64,000 bases of DNA from Gammaproteobacteria bacterium (GTDB lineage: Bacteria; Pseudomonadota; Gammaproteobacteria; Eutrophobiales; Eutrophobiaceae). The stretch lies in assembly GCA_030829955.1 (NCBI GenBank), contig JAURNY010000031.1:5374-69373 (forward strand), in the 5' to 3' direction. A program made the position numbers and the translations under genes. Positions 19,246-29,214 of this stretch are shown here, in pieces (within the stretch, counting starts at the first letter, position 1; each line of letters opens with the position of its first letter). The notes under the pieces were generated by a model. The model saw only the letters and a program-made list of their open reading frames with translations, did not search any database and was not told the DNA's origin.

Positions 19246-20246
19246 CTAATTACTTAAGTGCTCTTCTAAGCCCTCAATCGAGAAATATATTAATAAAGAT
19301 CGTTGCAGGGCGTTATCGTTATCATCACTGATCATGAAGAAATGATTGCCTTTGTGCCAGGCAATACCTTCAAAGTTATCATTAAACAATTGGTTTGTGG
19401 GTCTGAACTGCGCAAGTTTATCTTGTATTAATTGATGTTGATTAAATTTTAATAAATGAATGGTGTTGGTTATCCCGGCGAATATGCCCGGAAAACTTCT
19501 TTCCAATGCAATAACATCGCCATTGCCTAACGTCGTTAATCCGACTAATGATCCATATTCCTCATTCTCAGGTATGAAAGACCATTCATGTAGTTTAGGA
19601 ATGGCGAATAGATTTGTCGTTTTATTCTCTAACGGACGTTCGCTGCCGACAAGAAAGTCATATTGTGAATGTTCGGTAATGGCTTCAAATGATTTATTTT
19701 CACTTTGAAAATAACTGATATCGCTTAAATGATTGGGTAATGGGATTGATGCTTGCCAAACACCGTCGACACTATAACGAATGATGCGTGAACGTCTCTC
19801 GTAGCTGACAATTAATTGAGTGTCGTCTGCAATACCATTGCTTGAATTGATTAGCGCCAACCCTTCGCTATCGGAGAATTTATATCTTACAGGTTTGCCT
19901 TTTTTATCCTGCAAGGGGTAATAAGCTAAAAGTTGAACATCAATTAATTTGTCGTTTTCGAAAACAGGGCGAAGGTGGTGATATAGCCACGATCTGATAA
20001 TGCATACAAGATGGCATTATCTTCATCCCAGGCAATGCCCGAAAATTCCATTAAGGCTTTGCCACTACTACTTTTTTTATGCAGCTTTAATGCGCCTTTT
20101 AGATTGATATTTTGTTCAAGATATAAGTTCGCCTGTTCGCCAGTGTAATCTAACGCATCTGCTATGGATTCAGTCGCATTTACTGAAAAACTGTGAATTA
20201 ACAGTATAAAGACAAGTAATTTGTGAAGAGAATACAGATTAAACAT
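19246..20246 (-). pseudogene. Esterase-like-activity-of-phytase family secreted protein, split by a frameshift near 19940-19950
   Basis: Two adjacent minus-strand ORFs in different frames. 19944..20246 encodes 100 aa with an N-terminal signal peptide. 19246..19914 encodes 222 aa and begins at a TTG. Combined they are about 330 aa with phytase-like esterase motifs (WDEDNAILYALSDRGY; IAWHKGNHFFMISDDND). The junction lies in cgaaaacgacaaatt, which contains an A4 run, so a sequencing error is also possible. Confidence 0.5.
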
Positions 20247-20287
20247 ATAATATGTAGGTATTTTATAAAGATTGGTTACAGTTCAGC

Positions 20288-21343
20288 ATGAAAAATAAAT
20301 TAATAATATTAATAAACCACCTAAGTTTAACAGTTTGCTTGTTAATGTCGGAAGCATTAGGTGCTGGCGGACCACCACCGTCACTAGTTCAGGTGGAAGC
20401 AGCTGTAAATCAATCACTTTCACCCACTATGTTAACTGTGGGCACGGTCATATGTCGTGATGATGTCTATATTGATGCAGATGTTGAGGGGCGTTTACTC
20501 AATGTGCTGGAGGTAGGAGAACGTGTTAATAAGGGTGAAGTAATTGCGAAGATTGAATCGACAAGATATCAAATAGCCATAGATGAAATTAAGGCTGAAA
20601 TCATGCCGGTTCAAACGATGGTTGAGTTTTATACCAAAGAAGCTGAACGGCTTAACAAGCTTGCTGAAAATAATAATACTGCAAAAAGTCAACTAGATGA
20701 AACGATAGCCAACCGCGATCAGTCACTTGCGCAAATCAAATTGATACAAGCCAGATTGGTGATGGCGAATGATGATCTTTCCAGAACGGTTATTACTGCG
20801 CCTTTTGATGGAGTGATATCCGAGCGAATAAAGCAGACCGGTGAACGTGTATCATCTGATGAAGATATTGTCCGCTTGATGAATACTAAGTATCTGGAAA
20901 TACAAACCTATATACAGTTACATAGCTTATACAATATTGAAGTTGGTGACACCTTACGCATTAATCAGGATCAGGATAGTTTTAATGCAACAGTTAAATC
21001 GTTAATTCCTGTCGGTGATAATCAATCACGATTATATGAAATGCGCCTAATTACTGAAGAACGTCAGTTAACGGCAGGTATGTCACTTAAGGTGGCTGTG
21101 CCTACAGCCAAAGAGCAAACAGTACTAGTTGTGCCAAGAGATGCATTGGTCATTAGGCAAGCGGGTACCGTTATATATAAAATCGATGAGAATAATGTCG
21201 CGCAAATTGTGCCTGTTAAAATAGGTATTGCTAATACAACTCATATCCAGGTGATGGGTGAAGTGAAAGAGGGTGATCGTATTGTTACGCGTGGTAATGA
21301 ACGCCTTCGCCCCGGCGCTACTGTTCAAGTAATAAACGGTTAG
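20288..21343 (+). CDS. RND efflux periplasmic adaptor subunit (membrane fusion protein)
   Basis: 351 aa. Signal/anchor, coiled-coil segments and a beta-barrel region typical of the HlyD/AcrA family. It sits immediately upstream of the RND pump. Confidence 0.85.
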   Translation: MKNKLIILINHLSLTVCLLMSEALGAGGPPPSLVQVEAAVNQSLSPTMLTVGTVICRDDVYIDADVEGRLLNVLEVGERVNKGEVIAKIESTRYQIAIDEIKAEIMPVQTMVEFYTKEAERLNKLAENNNTAKSQLDETIANRDQSLAQIKLIQARLVMANDDLSRTVITAPFDGVISERIKQTGERVSSDEDIVRLMNTKYLEIQTYIQLHSLYNIEVGDTLRINQDQDSFNATVKSLIPVGDNQSRLYEMRLITEERQLTAGMSLKVAVPTAKEQTVLVVPRDALVIRQAGTVIYKIDENNVAQIVPVKIGIANTTHIQVMGEVKEGDRIVTRGNERLRPGATVQVING

Positions 21344-21352
21344 CGTTAACAT

Positions 21353-24300
21353 ATGAATATTACTCGTGCCTGTTTAAGTAATCCGGTTGCCATGCTGGTA
21401 GCTGTGTTACTGGTTTTAATATTTGGCTTAATCAGCCTATTCCGTTTGCCAATTCAACTTACGCCGGAATTGGAGGAGCCAGAGATCACAATCACGACCC
21501 CTTGGCGTGCAGCTTCCCCCAATGAAGTTGAAGCCGAAATCGTTGAGCCTCAGGAAAATGTATTACGTGGTTTGCCGGGATTAACTGAAATTAAGGCAGA
21601 AGCAAATGAAGGTAGAGCAGTTATAAACCTGAAATTTGCTGTTGAGACAGATATGCGACGTGCATTGGTTGAAGTCATGAATCGATTGAATCAGGTATCA
21701 GATTATCCTGATGATGCAGATGAACCTTCAATAACAACAGTTGGGCAAAATGCACGTGCTATTGCCTGGTTTATTATCAAGGCAACTGAACAAAATGATA
21801 GAGATATAGAGACTTATCGTGATTTTGTCGAAGAAGTAGTTCAATCACGTTTTGAACGTGTCTCAGGAGTTGCTCGTGCCGAAATATTTGGCGGTAGCAC
21901 GAAAGAATTACGTATAACGTTTGATCCATATAAGGCAGCAAGTCTCGGGATTCAGCTTGATAAAGTCATGCGTATAGTGGGTACAAGTAAAGATGTTTCT
22001 GGCGGTTTCGTTGATGTAGGTAAACGCGAATATAGTATTCGTTTTGCCGGAAAATATGATGTCAGTAACCTAGGTGAAATGATACTGGAATGGCGCGATG
22101 GCAAACCGATATATTTACGTGATGTTGCCATTATTGAAGAACGTTTAGCAGATAAATCTAGTTTTGTTTTAACAAAAGGAACGCAGTCCATAGCAATTAA
22201 TGCGCAGCGTGAAACGGGCGTAAACGTATTGCAGGTAATGGATGGATTAAGGGAGGCGGTTGAAGAATTAAATAATAGTGCCTTGCCGCGAGCAGGTTTG
22301 ACTATTGAACAAGTCTATGATGAAACGATTTATATAAGTCGTTCAATTGAAATGCTCAAGAATAATCTGGGTCTGGGTATCGCACTGGCGGTTATTGTTT
22401 TATTTTTATTTCTTTTGAAGTTTCCAGCAACCTTAATTGTTGCGACATCTATTCCCATTTGTTTGATTGCGAGTTTTACCTTTATGGAATTAACGGGGCG
22501 TACCTTAAATGTGGTGTCATTAGCTGGTCTCGCTTTTGCGGTGGGAATGGTTTTAGACGCATCCATTATCATTCTTGAAAATATTATACGTTTGAAGGAA
22601 AAGGGTATTGATTCGTTAGAGGCATCAGTTATCGGTACGAGTCAGGTGAAGGGTGCATTGTTAGCCTCTACAGCTACGACTATTGCGATATTTTTGCCGG
22701 TTTTATTTTTAGGTGATGAAGTTGGTCAGCTCTTTTCAGATTTGGCAATTACTATTACAGCAGCAATAACCATTTCATTTGTTACAGCTGTATCTGTTGT
22801 GCCAACTTGCGCAAGATTGTTTCTAAAAAATAAACGCTTAAGTGATCCCTACCATGGAATCTGGCAGGCTGTTAGTAATGTTATTATGTTTCTTACTAAC
22901 ACTGGATTTCGTCGTTTTTTCTGGATAATCGTGTTGATATCGTTACCTGTAATTGTAATGGTAATGTTTAAACCTAAAGCTGATTATCTACCTGACGGTA
23001 ATCAAAATCTTGCTTTTGCCTTTATTTTGCCACCGCCGGGGGCAAATATTCATATGATTGAAGAAGAAATGGGCAAGATTGTGGCTGAGAGAATGCAGCC
23101 GCATATTACAGGCGATGCTGAACCTAGAATAAAACACTATTTCTTTGTCGCATTTTCAGGAGGTGTATTTATGGGGGCGAGAGCATTACAAGATCAAGAT
23201 ATTGATCAACTCGTTCCATTGATTGATTCCGTCGTTCAGGGGTTCCCCGATTCATTTGCATTTGCTAAGAAAGCTTCCTTGTTTAGAGGTTTTGGAGCAG
23301 GGCGTACTATTGATATTAATATTCAATCGAAAAATCTGCCGGCATTAATGAATGTTGTATTACAGGCATGGGGTGATGTTAGAGGTACGTATCCCAACAC
23401 AAGACCCTATCCGGGTGTAGAACTTGCACAACCGGAATTACGTTTGATACCTGATGAGAGACGTATTGCTGAAGCAGGTTGGGACAGAAGTGTTGTAGCA
23501 GCTTTATCACAAACATTTGGTGATGGTCGTTTTATTGGTGATTATTTTAATGGTGAAGAAACGCTGGATATTATTTTACGGGCAAAAGAATGGCAGACAC
23601 CGGAAGAACTATCTAATTATCCCTTAATGACGCCAGATAATAATATTTTACCCTTAAGTGAATTGGTTGAAATTACTCGCACTGCTGGACCAGAAAAAAT
23701 ACGGCGCATAAACCGAAGACGAACGGTGACATTGGAGATCACTCCACCGGAAAATGTATCTCTAGAAGATGCCTTGCAACAAATAAAAACGGATATCGAA
23801 CCAAAAATTCTAGAGCAACTTCCTGAAGATGGATTTATCGCTTATGGCGGTACAGCAGACAAACTGGCTACGGCATTGAAAAATATGTCTGGCAGTTTTT
23901 TACTCGCGATAACAATTTTATATCTCTTAATGAGCGCCATGTTTCAATCATTTAAAGACAGTCTATTAGTATTGTTATCAATACCTTTAGCAACGTTTGG
24001 TGGTGTGCTGTCATTAAATATCATGAATTTATTTATGTTCCAGCCCATGGATCTTTTAACAATGATTGGCTTTGTTATATTACTTGGTCTTGTTGTTAAC
24101 AACGCAATATTGCTCGTGTACCAAGCCAGAGAATCGGAAAGAGAAGGGAAATTCAGAAAAGAAGCTGTAGAAGAAGCTGTTTTGCTTCGTTTAAGACCGA
24201 TTATCATGAGTACCTTAACCAGTATTTTTGGCATGTTGCCACTATTGCTTATGCCTGGTGCAGGAATTGAGCTTTATCGTGGTTTGGCTGGTGTAATCGT

Positions 24301-24379
24301 CGGAGGTATGATGGTGAGCACTGTGTTTACCCTGATTTTGTTACCTAGTTTGCTAAGAATTGGCGAATCCAGGCATTAA
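21353..24379 (+). CDS. RND efflux transporter permease (AcrB/AcrD/HAE1 family)
   Basis: 1008 aa, 12-TM with two large periplasmic loops. The N-terminus MNITRACLSNPVAMLVAVLLVLIFGL is typical of AcrB-like pumps. Confidence 0.9.
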   Translation: MNITRACLSNPVAMLVAVLLVLIFGLISLFRLPIQLTPELEEPEITITTPWRAASPNEVEAEIVEPQENVLRGLPGLTEIKAEANEGRAVINLKFAVETDMRRALVEVMNRLNQVSDYPDDADEPSITTVGQNARAIAWFIIKATEQNDRDIETYRDFVEEVVQSRFERVSGVARAEIFGGSTKELRITFDPYKAASLGIQLDKVMRIVGTSKDVSGGFVDVGKREYSIRFAGKYDVSNLGEMILEWRDGKPIYLRDVAIIEERLADKSSFVLTKGTQSIAINAQRETGVNVLQVMDGLREAVEELNNSALPRAGLTIEQVYDETIYISRSIEMLKNNLGLGIALAVIVLFLFLLKFPATLIVATSIPICLIASFTFMELTGRTLNVVSLAGLAFAVGMVLDASIIILENIIRLKEKGIDSLEASVIGTSQVKGALLASTATTIAIFLPVLFLGDEVGQLFSDLAITITAAITISFVTAVSVVPTCARLFLKNKRLSDPYHGIWQAVSNVIMFLTNTGFRRFFWIIVLISLPVIVMVMFKPKADYLPDGNQNLAFAFILPPPGANIHMIEEEMGKIVAERMQPHITGDAEPRIKHYFFVAFSGGVFMGARALQDQDIDQLVPLIDSVVQGFPDSFAFAKKASLFRGFGAGRTIDINIQSKNLPALMNVVLQAWGDVRGTYPNTRPYPGVELAQPELRLIPDERRIAEAGWDRSVVAALSQTFGDGRFIGDYFNGEETLDIILRAKEWQTPEELSNYPLMTPDNNILPLSELVEITRTAGPEKIRRINRRRTVTLEITPPENVSLEDALQQIKTDIEPKILEQLPEDGFIAYGGTADKLATALKNMSGSFLLAITILYLLMSAMFQSFKDSLLVLLSIPLATFGGVLSLNIMNLFMFQPMDLLTMIGFVILLGLVVNNAILLVYQARESEREGKFRKEAVEEAVLLRLRPIIMSTLTSIFGMLPLLLMPGAGIELYRGLAGVIVGGMMVSTVFTLILLPSLLRIGESRH

Positions 24380-24477
24380 TATTTTTACTATACGTCACAT
24401 TATTTTTGTATGTTACTTGCAAGATATTCAGCCTTGTAAGAAACTTTTGTTCTCAAAAAATAGACCAAATTTCAGTT

Positions 24478-25488
24478 ATGCGTATTAAAAAGTTAATTAT
24501 ATTACTCCTAGTGCAAAGCTGGTTATGTAGTCAGCCTTATGCCAGCACATATGAGATTAATGATCTTGGTGATACCGTTGTAGGAGAGCTTGGAAAAACA
24601 TCAGCGACCCATAAAGATACCTTACTTGATATAGGACGTAAGTTTGGTTTTGGTTATAACGATATGAAATTGATCAACCCCAAGCTGGATACTTGGTTGC
24701 CAGGCGCTGGTGCGGAAGTCATGATACCATCTCAATTCATCTTACCGCATACTCCGAAACGTGGCATTGTTATGAATGTGCCAGAGATGCGCCTTTATTA
24801 TTATCCACCTAAAAAGAAAGGTGAAACGCAACAGGTAATTACTTATCCCCTGGGGGTGGGTAGAGAGGGTTGGCAAACACCCTATATGCAAACCAAAATT
24901 ATTGAGAAGAAAGAAAGACCAAATTGGTATCCACCTGAATCTATTCTTAAAGAACATGAAGAAAAAGGTGATCCCCTGCCCAAGGTAGTAAAATCTGGAC
25001 CTGATAATCCATTAGGTGATTATGCTATGCGTTTGGGTCGACCTGAGTATCTAATACATGGCACGAATAAACCTTGGGGTGTCGGTATGCGTGTTAGTCA
25101 TGGTTGCATAAGGCTATACCCTGAAGATATTGAAAGCCTATTTCAACAGGTATCTATCAATACACCAGTAAATATTATTAATCAGCCATACAAAGTGGGA
25201 GGGCGAGGAGACGAAATATATCTCGAAGCTCATCCGTTTCTGGAAGAAGATGCTAAAGATTTTGAAAACAATATGACGAGTGTAGTAAATCTATTGGTGC
25301 AGATTGCGGACAATCGTAATTATGAAATTGACTGGGCAAAGGCTTATGAGGAGATAAATAATCCTACAGGAGTTCCGGTTTTTATTGGCATGTATTTACC
25401 AACCATGATGCAGGCTAAAGTAGAAGAAAAACTGAAAGCTGCTTTATCTCAGGCTGAAAAGACTAGCCTTGAATTACAACTGGATTGA
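24478..25488 (+). CDS. L,D-transpeptidase with LysM domain (ErfK/YbiS/YcfS type)
   Basis: Internal ATG at 24478 gives MRIKKLIILLL... with a signal peptide. It has strong similarity to E. coli YbiS/LdtB across its length: EMRLYYYP, GPDNPLGDYAMRLG, catalytic HGTN...SHGCIRL. The track ORF 24406.. carries a 24-aa N-terminal extension. Confidence 0.85.
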   Translation: MRIKKLIILLLVQSWLCSQPYASTYEINDLGDTVVGELGKTSATHKDTLLDIGRKFGFGYNDMKLINPKLDTWLPGAGAEVMIPSQFILPHTPKRGIVMNVPEMRLYYYPPKKKGETQQVITYPLGVGREGWQTPYMQTKIIEKKERPNWYPPESILKEHEEKGDPLPKVVKSGPDNPLGDYAMRLGRPEYLIHGTNKPWGVGMRVSHGCIRLYPEDIESLFQQVSINTPVNIINQPYKVGGRGDEIYLEAHPFLEEDAKDFENNMTSVVNLLVQIADNRNYEIDWAKAYEEINNPTGVPVFIGMYLPTMMQAKVEEKLKAALSQAEKTSLELQLD

Positions 25489-25510
25489 GGAATCAGAATC
25501 AATATGTAAT

Positions 25511-25540
25511 AAAAAACCCCGATTAAATCGGGGCTTCTTA
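25511..25540. terminator. Bidirectional rho-independent terminator between convergent ldt and lpp-like genes
   Basis: aaaaaa-ccccgatt-a-aatcgggg-cttctt: a GC-rich inverted repeat (25517-25533), flanked by an A-run on one side and a T-rich run on the other. Confidence 0.55.
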
Positions 25541-25559
25541 AATAATAATTGTTAAATTA

Positions 25560-25841
25560 TTATTTTGACATCGCTTTTTGGAACATACGATCCAATTTAG
25601 AAGAATTTGCATTACAACATTCTAAAGCAGCATTAGCAGTATTTTGAGCTTCTTGTGCAGCGAAATTTGCATCAGAAGCATTTGTGTTCGCGACTGTTGC
25701 CAAGTTATATGCTTCATTCGCCTTTGTCATTGCAGCAGCTGCCATTGATTGTACTTCTTTCAATTGAGTGTTATCCGCACAACCACTTACTACAGCGACT
25801 GATGCAGCCAATAAAGCTAATTTAACGGTTTTAAATTGCAT
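25560..25841 (-). CDS. Lpp/OprI-type major outer-membrane lipoprotein (alanine-zipper, C-terminal Lys)
   Basis: Start at the internal M (MQFKTVKLALLAASVAVVSGC) with a GGGAGA SD 7 nt upstream. It has a lipobox ending in Cys and an Ala/Asn/Gln-rich helical body. The C-terminus ...DRMFQKAMSK resembles the OprI ...ERALRMLEKASRK end, with a terminal Lys. Confidence 0.65.
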   Translation of the reverse strand: MQFKTVKLALLAASVAVVSGCADNTQLKEVQSMAAAAMTKANEAYNLATVANTNASDANFAAQEAQNTANAALECCNANSSKLDRMFQKAMSK

Positions 25842-25980
25842 AGTTTGTCTCCCATAAAACATATGCTGAGTTTATCCTCAGTTCTTAAATTCGGGTCATA
25901 TAATGACTGATTTCAACACGTTAATCAATTTATTTACAGTGAAAATTGATGAATTTATTACTAACCTTCTTAAATCCTGA

Positions 25981-26361
25981 TTACCAAGATCCTGATCTAC
26001 CTTGTGATTTAGCACTTTTCGAACGATCCTCATAGTGGTCTTGAGTGAAATCATATAATGCGGATTCATATGACGACATGGGATTTTCCGAACAGTACGC
26101 ATAAATCCATCCCATGATCTCTGTTTCATTCATATTTGAAGAGATACTATAGGTTTTTTCAGTAAATATATTGTATGCAGTGAAAAATCCTTTCATATAA
26201 TCTTTATATTTATCTACATTACTCTCTGCCATATCTTTTTGCATTCCATAGCAGGATTTCTTGCCAACACCCCATACAGCAAAATTTCCAGTAATGTCAG
26301 CAGCAGCCACATATTGACTGAGAGTCAATAATAAAATGCTAATGTTAACAAGACGCTTCAT
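25981..26361 (-). CDS. Hypothetical secreted protein (signal peptide, two Cys)
   Basis: 126 aa. MKRLVNISILLLTLSQYVAAADI signal peptide. Cys residues in GKKSCYG and YAYCSENP. No family recognised. Confidence 0.5.
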   Translation of the reverse strand: MKRLVNISILLLTLSQYVAAADITGNFAVWGVGKKSCYGMQKDMAESNVDKYKDYMKGFFTAYNIFTEKTYSISSNMNETEIMGWIYAYCSENPMSSYESALYDFTQDHYEDRSKSAKSQGRSGSW

Positions 26362-26376
26362 TCTAAATGTCCTCTT

Positions 26377-27555
26377 TTACTTTATTATGTCTTTAAGACC
26401 ATTTATCAGTCGGTGGGTTGCCTGTTTAATATTGTTAATATCCAAAGCCCCGTAAGCAACCCTTAAATAGCAGTTATCTTTCAAGCCAAATGCTGCACCG
26501 GGCAATACTGCGATGCGATGCTTTTCTATCAGATTTTTGGCAAGTGTCAAACTAGAAAGTTCAGTATTACATTTAATCAAAAAATAAAATGCACCTTCAG
26601 CTTTTGGAAGACTGCAAATATTATCTAATTCTGATAGAGCATTTTCTAAATAATGCCTTGCCTCGATAATTCGCTGAATTTTTTCAACACAATACTCTTT
26701 ACCAACAGACAATGCAGCTACTGCCGCTACCTGACTGATTCTGTTAGCACAAATTAGGTTTGTGTCCTGGACTTTTTTCATGTCCTGATCGAGGTTGCTT
26801 GGGTAGACAGCATAACCTATACGCCAACTTGCAAATCCATAGGATTTTGAGAGCGAAAAAAGCGAAATAGTATGTGACTCACTGTCTGGCAAACTGGCTA
26901 CTGAAAAATGACCAGCATCATTATAAGTGAAGTATTCATAGGCTTCGTCAGAAATATGATAAATACCTTTTTCTTTGCAAAGTTGATTAATGCTTGTCAG
27001 AGTTGCTTCAGAGTAAACTGCGCCACTTGGGTTGTTAGGTGAGATAGTAACAATAGCCCGCGTCTTACCAGAAATCGCGTTGATTATATTCTGATAAACT
27101 GGCTGAAAATTTTTATCACAATCGACAGCTACACATTTACACCCCAGCATATTAATGGCCATTTCGTGATTAAAATAATATGGACGAAGTAAAACAATCT
27201 CATCATTAGGTGATGTTATTGCAAATAATGACTGTAAAAAGGCCATATTAGATCCGGCGGTCACCATTATTCCTGATGCATCGCTGACATTAATATGATT
27301 GTCTTGCTTTAATTTTTTAGAAATCATGGTCTGTAGTTCATTGATGCCTGATACATGGGTATAAATATGATCATCAAAATTACTGCCAAACTCATGTAAG
27401 CAATCTAATGCTGCTTTTGGGGGTGGATAATATACAACGCCTTGTCCCAGCGAAATTGTTCCTTTATTAGCCTGAATCAGGTTGGCTATTTCAGAAATTA
27501 TAGGGGTTTGTACCTTTTGCAGTCGTTTATTAACTGCTGGTATTCGATGTGACAT
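26377..27555 (-). CDS. Pyridoxal-phosphate-dependent aminotransferase, class I/II
   Basis: 392 aa. SPNNPSGAVYS and the SLSKSYGFASWRIGY PLP-lysine region are typical of fold-type I aminotransferases. Confidence 0.85.
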   Translation of the reverse strand: MSHRIPAVNKRLQKVQTPIISEIANLIQANKGTISLGQGVVYYPPPKAALDCLHEFGSNFDDHIYTHVSGINELQTMISKKLKQDNHINVSDASGIMVTAGSNMAFLQSLFAITSPNDEIVLLRPYYFNHEMAINMLGCKCVAVDCDKNFQPVYQNIINAISGKTRAIVTISPNNPSGAVYSEATLTSINQLCKEKGIYHISDEAYEYFTYNDAGHFSVASLPDSESHTISLFSLSKSYGFASWRIGYAVYPSNLDQDMKKVQDTNLICANRISQVAAVAALSVGKEYCVEKIQRIIEARHYLENALSELDNICSLPKAEGAFYFLIKCNTELSSLTLAKNLIEKHRIAVLPGAAFGLKDNCYLRVAYGALDINNIKQATHRLINGLKDIIK

Positions 27556-27569
27556 AGATTAGAGAGAAA

Positions 27570-28148
27570 CTATATTGCGAGATGTATACCCAGTCCACGA
27601 TTGGAAAACTGGCTTTTTAAAAACTCCATTTGATCTGCAAGTATTCGACGATTAGATAATGCCAGATACTCTGCCCAATTCGGCACATAAGGGATTGCTA
27701 ATAGAGGCATATAAGCTGCTTCGGGTGTACGACAACCCTTGCGGGTATTGCAGCTTTTACAAGCTGTAACAACATTTGACCAACGATCAAGCCCACCCTT
27801 GGATAAGGGGTTAACATGATCACGTGTCAACATATCATCACGAAATTTATTGCCACAATACATGCACAAATAGGCGTCTCGGACAAACAATTCACGATTA
27901 GTGAGTGGTGGAATACTTCGGTTTTCATATTTATTAAACTTTGAGCGTTTAACAGCAATAATAGAATTTACTCGCACACTGGAACGAATGCCCGTGGCTC
28001 GGGAAATACCGCCACGAAACGTAAATACGCTCTCACCTGCAGTCCAGGCAATCATTTTTCGACTGTAAAGGTTGACCGCATCTTGCCAGGGTATCCATCT
28101 GACCGGTGCACCTGCAACATCTAACCTTAATATTAATGGAGTCATCAA
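27570..28148 (-). CDS. HNH endonuclease family protein
   Basis: 192 aa. C-terminal HNH zinc-finger nuclease motif CMYCGNKF...RDHVNPLSKGG...WSNVVTACKSCNTRKG. The N-terminal ~90 aa is unassigned. It starts 14 nt downstream of the aminotransferase on the same strand. Confidence 0.75.
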   Translation of the reverse strand: MMTPLILRLDVAGAPVRWIPWQDAVNLYSRKMIAWTAGESVFTFRGGISRATGIRSSVRVNSIIAVKRSKFNKYENRSIPPLTNRELFVRDAYLCMYCGNKFRDDMLTRDHVNPLSKGGLDRWSNVVTACKSCNTRKGCRTPEAAYMPLLAIPYVPNWAEYLALSNRRILADQMEFLKSQFSNRGLGIHLAI

Positions 28149-28256
28149 AGAGGGTCCTTAAAATAACTTTTGTAAAGTTATAAAGATTCGTCCTTTCGGG
28201 ACAAGTTCATGATATGTTTTATTAGAAAGCATTAATAGTCAAGTGCGGGGAGAAAC

Positions 28257-29042
28257 ATGAAAGAAATAACTCGTTTGTTGTACATAATGAAAAGACTACG
28301 TGATCCGGAATCAGGTTGTCCTTGGGATAAAGAACAGACTATAGACTCGATAAAAGCTTATACCATCGAGGAAGCATATGAAGTTGTTGACGCCATTGAA
28401 CGTCAATCTATGGAGGATCTAAAAGACGAGCTGGGTGATTTGTTATTTCATGTTATTTTTTACTCTGAAATGGCAGATGAGCAAAATAGTTTTGATTTTA
28501 GACAAGTTGTTAATCAAGTTGCCGACAAACTTGAGCGTCGCCATCCACATGTATTTGCAGATTTAAAATTAGATAATAGTGAAGAAGTAAAGCAACTCTG
28601 GGAAAAAACCAAACAGAATGAAAGAGATAAAAAAGCAAACAATCAATTTTTACTGGATGATATTAGCATCCATATGCCAGCATTGATTCGAGCTTTAAAG
28701 ATACAAAAGCGTGTTGCAAGCGTGGGGTTTGACTGGGAAGATATACGAGATGTTCTTAGTAAGATCACTGAGGAATTAACTGAATTAAAAGAAGCTATAG
28801 AATTAAAAGAAGATGCTAAACGTATTCAGGAAGAATTGGGCGATGCACTTTTTAGTATTCTTAATCTGGCAAGACATTTGAAAATCGATCCGGAAACTGC
28901 ACTTCGTCAAACTAATGAAAAATTCATCTCCCGATTTAACTACATTGAAGAAGCATTAAAGAATCAAAACAGGAGGCTTGAAGAGAGCAGTCTTGAAGAA
29001 ATGGATGATTTGTGGAATGAGGCAAAAATTAAACAACATTAA
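28257..29042 (+). CDS. mazG: Nucleoside triphosphate pyrophosphohydrolase MazG (tandem MazG domains)
   Basis: 261 aa with two EExxE-containing MazG repeats (AYEVVDAIE...; ELTELKEAIE...GDALFSIL). Confidence 0.9.
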   Translation: MKEITRLLYIMKRLRDPESGCPWDKEQTIDSIKAYTIEEAYEVVDAIERQSMEDLKDELGDLLFHVIFYSEMADEQNSFDFRQVVNQVADKLERRHPHVFADLKLDNSEEVKQLWEKTKQNERDKKANNQFLLDDISIHMPALIRALKIQKRVASVGFDWEDIRDVLSKITEELTELKEAIELKEDAKRIQEELGDALFSILNLARHLKIDPETALRQTNEKFISRFNYIEEALKNQNRRLEESSLEEMDDLWNEAKIKQH

Positions 29043-29214
29043 TTTCTAGTGAAAGGTAGACCTGGGTTGAAAAAAGTCGGCTCTTCCATATTCAAACTGT
29101 TAAAAGAAACGGGCCGCCTGTTCTGAACTCAGCACATTATTGGCACATAGAAAGAAAAATTCAGATAAATAAAGAAAGCCCTAAAAAAACGTTGAGACTA
29201 ATCAATTTGTTGTT

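Noticed and set aside
29068-29095. Sequence aaaaagtcggctcttccata loosely resembles the RNase P RNA P4-region motif GGAAAGTCCGGGCTCCATA
   Set aside because: The other universally conserved RNase P RNA elements (ACAGAAACCCGGCTTA-like 3' P4 strand, GGTAAACTCCACC) are absent from the 425-bp gap on either strand, and the 5' end would have to lie inside mazG. This is a chance similarity.
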